DNA of 64,000 nt from Eledone cirrhosa. Lineage: Eukaryota. How positions within the stretch are numbered: the first letter of the stretch is position 1; each line of letters starts with the position of its first letter. Positions 57,670-64,000 of this stretch are shown in pieces. Location: positions 429,474,001-429,538,000 of the forward strand of contig OZ024740.1 of NCBI GenBank assembly GCA_964016885.1, in the 5' to 3' direction. Both the position numbers and the translations under genes were made by a program. Below the pieces are notes generated by a model. It searched no databases. It was given only the letters and a program-made list of their open reading frames with translations, and was not told the origin of the DNA.

Positions 57670-58630
57670 ATTCTGAGTTCAAATCCCGCCGAGGTTAACT
57701 TTGCCTTTCATCCTTACGGGGTCGATAAAATAAAGTACCAGTAATACACTGGGTAATTGCTGGCCTTGTGCCTAACGTAGAAACAATTATTAAAATAAAG
57801 AAATTATTAGAAATTATTTTTGCTGGATAAAAAAATTATTATTATTATTGTAAATAATAAATTATTATACATAATTGTTTCTACTTTTGGCACAAGGCCA
57901 GCAATTACCCAGTGCATTACTGGTACTTTATTTTATCGACCCCGTAAGGATGAAAGGCAAAGTCAACCTCGGCGGGATTTGAACTCGGATCGTAAAGGGA
58001 CGTAACTATGCTGGAAAGCATGGCGTCCGACCCTCTACCGATACTGCCAATCCACCGCCCTTTTTATAAATTATTATACATAATGATTATTATTAATATT
58101 ATTTGCTTTGCGACATATATAGTTAAGGTTCTTTATGTTTTGAGTTCAAATCCTGCCGAGGTTAGCTTTACCTTTCATCCTTTCACTATCGATGAAATAA
58201 AGTACCAGTAATGCACTGGAGTCAATTAAATCGACCCCCCCCCCCTCCCCCTCCAACTTGGGCGGAGACCTTGTCTCTAAATCAGAAACCATTAATATGG
58301 TAAATAATTGTTTCTATTTTTAGGCACAAGGCCAGCAAATTAACCAGTACATTACTGGTACTTTATTTTATCGACCCCGTAAGGATGAAAGGCAAAGTTA
58401 ACCTCGGCGGGATTTTAACTCACATCATAAAGGGACGTAACTCTATGCTTCAAAAATGAAATAATTGTTACTACATTTGGCACAAGGCCAGCAATTTGAA
58501 GGGAAGAGGAGAGTCGATTAAATCAACCTCAGTGCGTGGCTGGTACTTTATTTATCGACCCCGTAAGAATGAAAGATAAAGTTAACCTCGGCGGGATTTG
58601 AACTCAGAACGTAAAGGGCTGTAACTAAAT
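57670..58630. mobile_element. cluster of five SINE copies in mixed orientation
   Basis: 57670-57790 +, 57872-58060 - (TSD TAAATTATTATACATAAT), 58125-58295 +, 58305-58450 -, 58460-58630 -. Confidence 0.85.
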
Positions 58631-59209
58631 ACTGAAATAATTAAATATATATATATATATATATGAAAATATTGTTATACTTTAAAGAACAATTCCGAGT
58701 TTTTGAGTCTATTATAATAATGAAATGATTGTGTACAGTGCTCAGGTACACTACAACATATAAGTTTCTCATCTCTTCCTTCCACTGTTTTTGAAGTAGT
58801 TTATACGAATATGTTTATAAAATCGTTAAAACCAATTAATTATAACTATTATGGTCTGTCTGCTTCGGTTTAGAATGTAGAATATTCCCAGTGGTCCTTA
58901 CCCTTAATCAGGTACATTTTTGTGCTAGTGAAACCTGGTTTCAAATTATTACCCTGGTAATATTTGTAGTAAAGGGAGATACCATTACGTCTTATTACCC
59001 TCCACCCACGCCACCCCTCCTGAAATATTTATTTATGTATGGAATTATTGACAGTGTTAAGTTCCGTCTTTCCCTCTATATTTTGTGTGCATATTCTTCT
59101 AGGGTTGATTTCACTTTTCATCAGTCTAGTGTCAGAGTGAGCACTTACCAAACAGTTGTCTCTCCTGCATCAATATCAAAGAATGCAATACATGCATAAT
59201 ATATATATA

Positions 59210-59390
59210 TGTTGTTATACTTTGGGAGGGTCATGCTGCCAATAAAAACACCCGCACCTGTTGGTTTTCACTTCAATTTATTATAAATTTCCAATTGGTT
59301 GGTTCAATAACCTGATGGTGGTTTATACACAGCAGCATGACCCTCCCGAAGTATAAGAAATCTTGCAAAACAAATTAAAAAACGAAGTAT
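59210..59390. mobile_element. PLE family 1 terminus-only inverted remnant
   Basis: GTTATACTTTGGGAGGGTCATG matches 2107-2128; inverted copy at 59331-59355 followed by part of the tail. Confidence 0.75.
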
Positions 59391-59719
59391 ATATATTATA
59401 TGTAGGATCCCGATGTAAATTGGAGGCACCCACTGCTAGAAAAAGGTACTCAATACATTAGTAGTGTATAAGTATATTGATTTTATTAAAGGAATGACTT
59501 CTACTGGACTAAAACAGTTTCATGTATAAGAAATCAGGAGAGTACACACATATATATGAATGCAAATAATAAATCTGATTTTAATAAATATTTTATTTTT
59601 ATGATAGAAAAAGACTACATACATACCACATGTACTCAGGTAGGCATACATGGTCCCATCACTCTTGAGGGAGTCACAGGGGTGACGTATTGACATACAG
59701 CGTTTCTTGGGCATTTTTT

Positions 59720-59930
59720 AAAACCAGGCACAGCTCATCCCCTCTCCAGGACTGAATACAGGAGATCCCTTCCAGAGAAGGAGTGAGAGAAAGGAAGTGA
59801 GACTGCGATATAGAGGAAGAATCGACCCCAGTACTAGACTGGTACTTTTTTTATTGACCTGGAATAGATGAAAGAGCAGAGAACCGGAATGAATACCACA
59901 AAGCATTCTAACGACTCTGCCAATTCATTG
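59720..59930 (-). mobile_element. long-tailed SINE, internally deleted
   Basis: Homologous to 7100-7370. Confidence 0.75.
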
Positions 59931-61179
59931 CCTTATATGTACTCTACTTCAGTTAAATGGACGTTGTTGATGATGATGATGATATATACTTCATGCCTTG
60001 ACTTTACCCAGTGTCACCTCTTGTACCAGGTGTATATGAGGGTTGATTCAATCGAATCCTTAGAATTTTGTGTCCTTGACACAATATGAAAACTCGTTTT
60101 GATATTGTTGCCAGTAAGTTAACTGTCCATGTTCAGATGCCACAGTACAACCACATGGGACCACTGTATTGTTTGATGGTAACATAATCCATCATCTGCT
60201 TTATTAACAGCTCTCCCTTAGCTATCTTTAACACTATCCATTCTGTTGCAAGTATCTGAGTCAAGTCTCAGATTTGTGGATACCTTTCCTCTCAATTTTG
60301 GAGGCCCTAGCAAAAATGGTTATGGTTACTGCCCTTCTTCCTGACTAAATGGTAAAACAAACTCTGTGACCTGGTTAACTTCCACCATCAGAACTTTGGC
60401 AGAGTTGCAAGAGAGACTCAGTTGCAAGGATTCTGATCAAGTCTGATGTTAACACAATACCTTGATATGCTGCTTCCTACTGTACCTTCTTTTGTGTTGT
60501 GTTACTGTTTAAGAACTGTAGGTGGTAATAGTACTTCAAATAAGATAAGCTATCAACTATGGCAAGGGAGTTAACTGTGTAACACCTTAAGTAGGCTACC
60601 AATTTTTACAGTCAGGCCACTGATTTCCAGCTAGGCTATTTCTAAAAAAGTCTGTCTGAAACCTTGAGGCTCATAAGGCCAGTGTTTATCCAGGTATCTA
60701 TGGCATTAAGTGACTGAGAGTACAAGACATCCCCCTGGAAGTGCGCTAGTCCATCGCAAGGTTAAACCCCTAGTTATTGCTGATACTCATTTTCAGCTGA
60801 GAATACTGGGGGAACTGTTTTGCTGAAAAAAACAACACAACCCAATCCAGAAATCAAACCCATAACATTTTGATCATAAGTCCACCAACACCTTTACCAC
60901 AAGGCCACACACATCCACCTTAGGCTATTTACAGAGATCAAATTAGTTAACAGTAACTCATAAGTCATGACTTCTTCCTCCACCAGTGCTGGAGGTACTG
61001 CAAAGATTTTGGATGTTGCTCACTTCCTCTTTGACTAAACCATTGAAAGAACTTTGGTGTGGTTGTTCAACTTCCTAAGCGTAATAGCTAAATCTCTCTC
61101 AAATCACACCCTACCGTCTTTAAAATATTGGATACTGTAGTCTAGAATGGAGTGTCACGAAAAACAATGATTGGATGAA

Positions 61180-62570
61180 AATGGCTGGAACAGTTTTGAC
61201 CATAGATCTGATAATGGCTGAAACACCTTTGACCATAGATCTGATGATGACTGGAACACCTTTGACCATAGATCTGATAATGGCTGGAACACCTTTGACC
61301 ATAGATCTGATAATGGCTGGAACACCTTTGACCATAGATCTGATAACGATTGGAACACCTTTGACCATAGATCTGATAATGGTTGGAACACCTTTGACCA
61401 TAGATCTTATAATGGCTGGAACACCTTTGACCATAGATCTGATAACGATTGGAACACCTTTGACCATAGATCTGATAATGGCTGGAACACCTTTGACCAT
61501 AGATCTGATAATGGCTGGAACACCTTTGACCATAGATCTGATAATGGCTGGAACACCTTTGACCATAGATCTGATAATGGCTGGAACACCTTTGACCATA
61601 GATCTGATAACGGTTGGAACACCTTTGACCATAGATCTGATAATGGTTGGAACACCTTTGACCATAGATCTGATAATGACGAACAACTTTGACCATAGAT
61701 CTGATAATGGCTGGAACACCTTTGACCATAGATCTGATAATGGCTGGAACACCTTTGACCATAGATCTGATAACGATTGGAACACCTTTGACCATAGATC
61801 TGATAATGGTTGGAACACCTTTGACCATAGATCATATAATGGCTGGAACACCTTTGACCATAGATCTGATAACGATTGGAACACCTTTGACCATAGATCT
61901 GATAATGGTTGGAACACCTTTGACCATAGATCTTATAATGGCTGGAACACCTTTGACCATAGATCTTATAATGGCTGGAACACCTTTGACCATAGATCTG
62001 ATAACGATTGGAACACCTTTGACCATAGATCTGATAATGGTTGGAACACCTTTGATCATAGATCTGATAATGGTTGGAACACCTTTGACCATAGATCTGA
62101 TAATGACTAGAACACCTTTGACCATAGATCTGATAATGACTAGAACACCTTTGACCATAGATCTGATAATGGCTGGAACACCTTTGACCATAGATCTGAT
62201 AATGGCTGCAACACCTTTGACCATAGATCTGATAATGGTTGGAACACCTTTGACCATAGATCTGATAACGGTTGGAACACCTTTGACCATAGATCTTATA
62301 ATGGCTGGAACACCTTTGACCATAGATCTTATAATGGTTGGAACACCTTTGACCATAGATCTGATAATGGTTGGAACACCTTTGACCATAGATCTTATAA
62401 TGGTTGGAACACCTTTGACCATAGATCTTATAATGGTTGGAACACCTTTGACCATAGATCTGATAATGGTTGGAACACCTTTGACCATAGATCTGATAAT
62501 GGTTGGAACACCTTTGACCATAGATCTGATAATGGCTGGAACACCTTTGACCATAGATCTTATTAGATCT
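61180..62570. repeat. 33-bp minisatellite (~42 units)
   Basis: Unit TTTGACCATAGATCTGATAATGGCTGGAACACC. Confidence 0.96.
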
Positions 62571-63340
62571 GAACTACTACTAAGCCATACAACAACAAAA
62601 GAAAAGAAATCAATGGTTTATGATATCAAATGAATTACATGGTTTCTATGGCTACATGCCCTTCCTAACACCAACCACATTTACAGTGTGTACTGGGTGC
62701 TTTTTGTCATGTCACCTACACAACCACTTTACAGTGTGGGCTGGGGACTTTGGTGGGGGATATGTGTGGGGATTGGAGAAGTGAGTATAAGGGAGTAATA
62801 ATTCTGATCGTAGTTGTCTATTTACTCTGCTTATATGTACATATTATGAATGAAATAGTTAATTCTTATTATATATTCTGTTTTGGTCCAAACATGTAGT
62901 ATTGATTTGCTGGTTCAGGGCTGTAAAGTTGAAGTCAGAAGTAATTATTAGGTTACAGGAGTTGTAGTAAAAATATATCAACCCCAACTCTGACTATATG
63001 TAAATTGTAATAAAAAGTAACAATTCCAGTTTCACATACTCTTTTACTCTTTTACCTGTTCCAGCCATCCGGCTGAGGCCATGCTGGGGCACCATATATA
63101 TATATTTCTTCTTTGCTTACTTACTTATTCCTGGGAGGGTTGTTGGGGTAGAGTCCTCACTTCTTCCTGAAGGTTCTCTCAGAAACACCTCCAAATCATC
63201 TGGTTGGATCCCCAAGTGAGACCAACTACTTTGTGGATGTTATCCAACTTGTGCTCTACATCTGAGTCCCCAGCTGGTTGGGTTTACCCGTAAAATCTGT
63301 CCAAGGATTCTTTCTTGAGTCATTCTAACCTCTGACCCTA

Positions 63341-63487
63341 CTCACCAGCATAGGCGCTGAGCTGGCCAGCCGCAGGTGTAAGCCCCGCAAGCTGGAGTGG
63401 CTTTTCCAGCGCGTCTCCCTTGCCGTCCTCTGTGGAAACGCCTTCGCCATTCTGTCCACCGGGGCTGTGGGTAGGCCACCAATATGA
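63341..63487 (+). pseudogene. C-terminal fragment of an RLE (CRE-like) non-LTR retrotransposon
   Basis: Translates as LTSIGAELASRRCKPRKLEWLFQRVSLAVLCGNAFAIL..., resembling the terminal FQRxSxAxxRGNA motif; GC-rich island. Confidence 0.6.
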
Positions 63488-64000
63488 TTGACTGACATAT
63501 CATTTTATCAGTAAGATGCTTTTAGACATCACCCAGTTAATTATGATTCATATTGAGTTGTGTGTTTGTTGACACCTGACCATAGCCGTTGTTAGCTTAA
63601 ATGAACCTTTAAAATCAGGAGTGGCACCCCCAGTTTGAACTTGTCTATAGCATTCTTTCTGCCTTTATTACTCTAAATATAGTTTTTAAAGAATTCCCTT
63701 TACTGTGCCAGATGGCCTGGATCTCTGGAAATGCACCAATGGCAATCTGGAGTGATAATCTCAGTTTTAGCAACAAAAAATAGAGATGAGAGATTACTCT
63801 AATTATAGAGAAATCTCCTTGTTAACCCTTTAGCATTTAAACTGGCCATATCCGGCCAGAATTCTCTCACCTCTTTCTGTTCAAACTGGGTGTAACTGAC
63901 CACTCATACTAATGTTAAGGTATTCTCAAAATAAATAATATCAAAATCTCATATATCGATATTATATGAGATAAAGCCTTTAATGCGAAAATATAATAGC

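Noticed and set aside
59990-60300. Possible host exon in unique-looking DNA
   Set aside because: The minus strand resembles a heavily decayed LINE RT tail (VL..SETW-like) with stops.
61120-62633. Long repetitive ORFs (TIDLIMAGTPL and others) on both strands
   Set aside because: By-product of a 33-bp unit that is open in several frames; no start context or splice evidence.

Overview
AT-rich animal (non-prokaryotic) DNA made almost entirely of repeats. The dominant tRNA-derived SINE, the microsatellite load and the element mix look like an octopus/cephalopod genome (inference). I found no confident host protein-coding gene; every recognisable ORF belongs to a retroelement. These are four truncated Penelope-like elements (RT + GIY-YIG) with inverted termini in (TA)n, an R4/Dong-type RLE LINE in (CATA)n, and RTE, CR1 and CRE-like fragments. 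Non-autonomous Helitrons, Tc/mariner and hAT MITEs, about 25 SINE copies and several large minisatellites are also present. The main signal is roughly two dozen minimal type I hammerhead ribozyme motifs from about a dozen unrelated sequence families. They include a non-coding 310-bp tandem array with one intact hammerhead per unit (retrozyme-like, 17467-18301) fused to a second, ~521-bp hammerhead tandem with a fold-back. A second theme is minisatellites born inside transposon copies, with an unexpanded sibling visible next door. All motifs and pairings were read by eye; no searches or folding programs were run.
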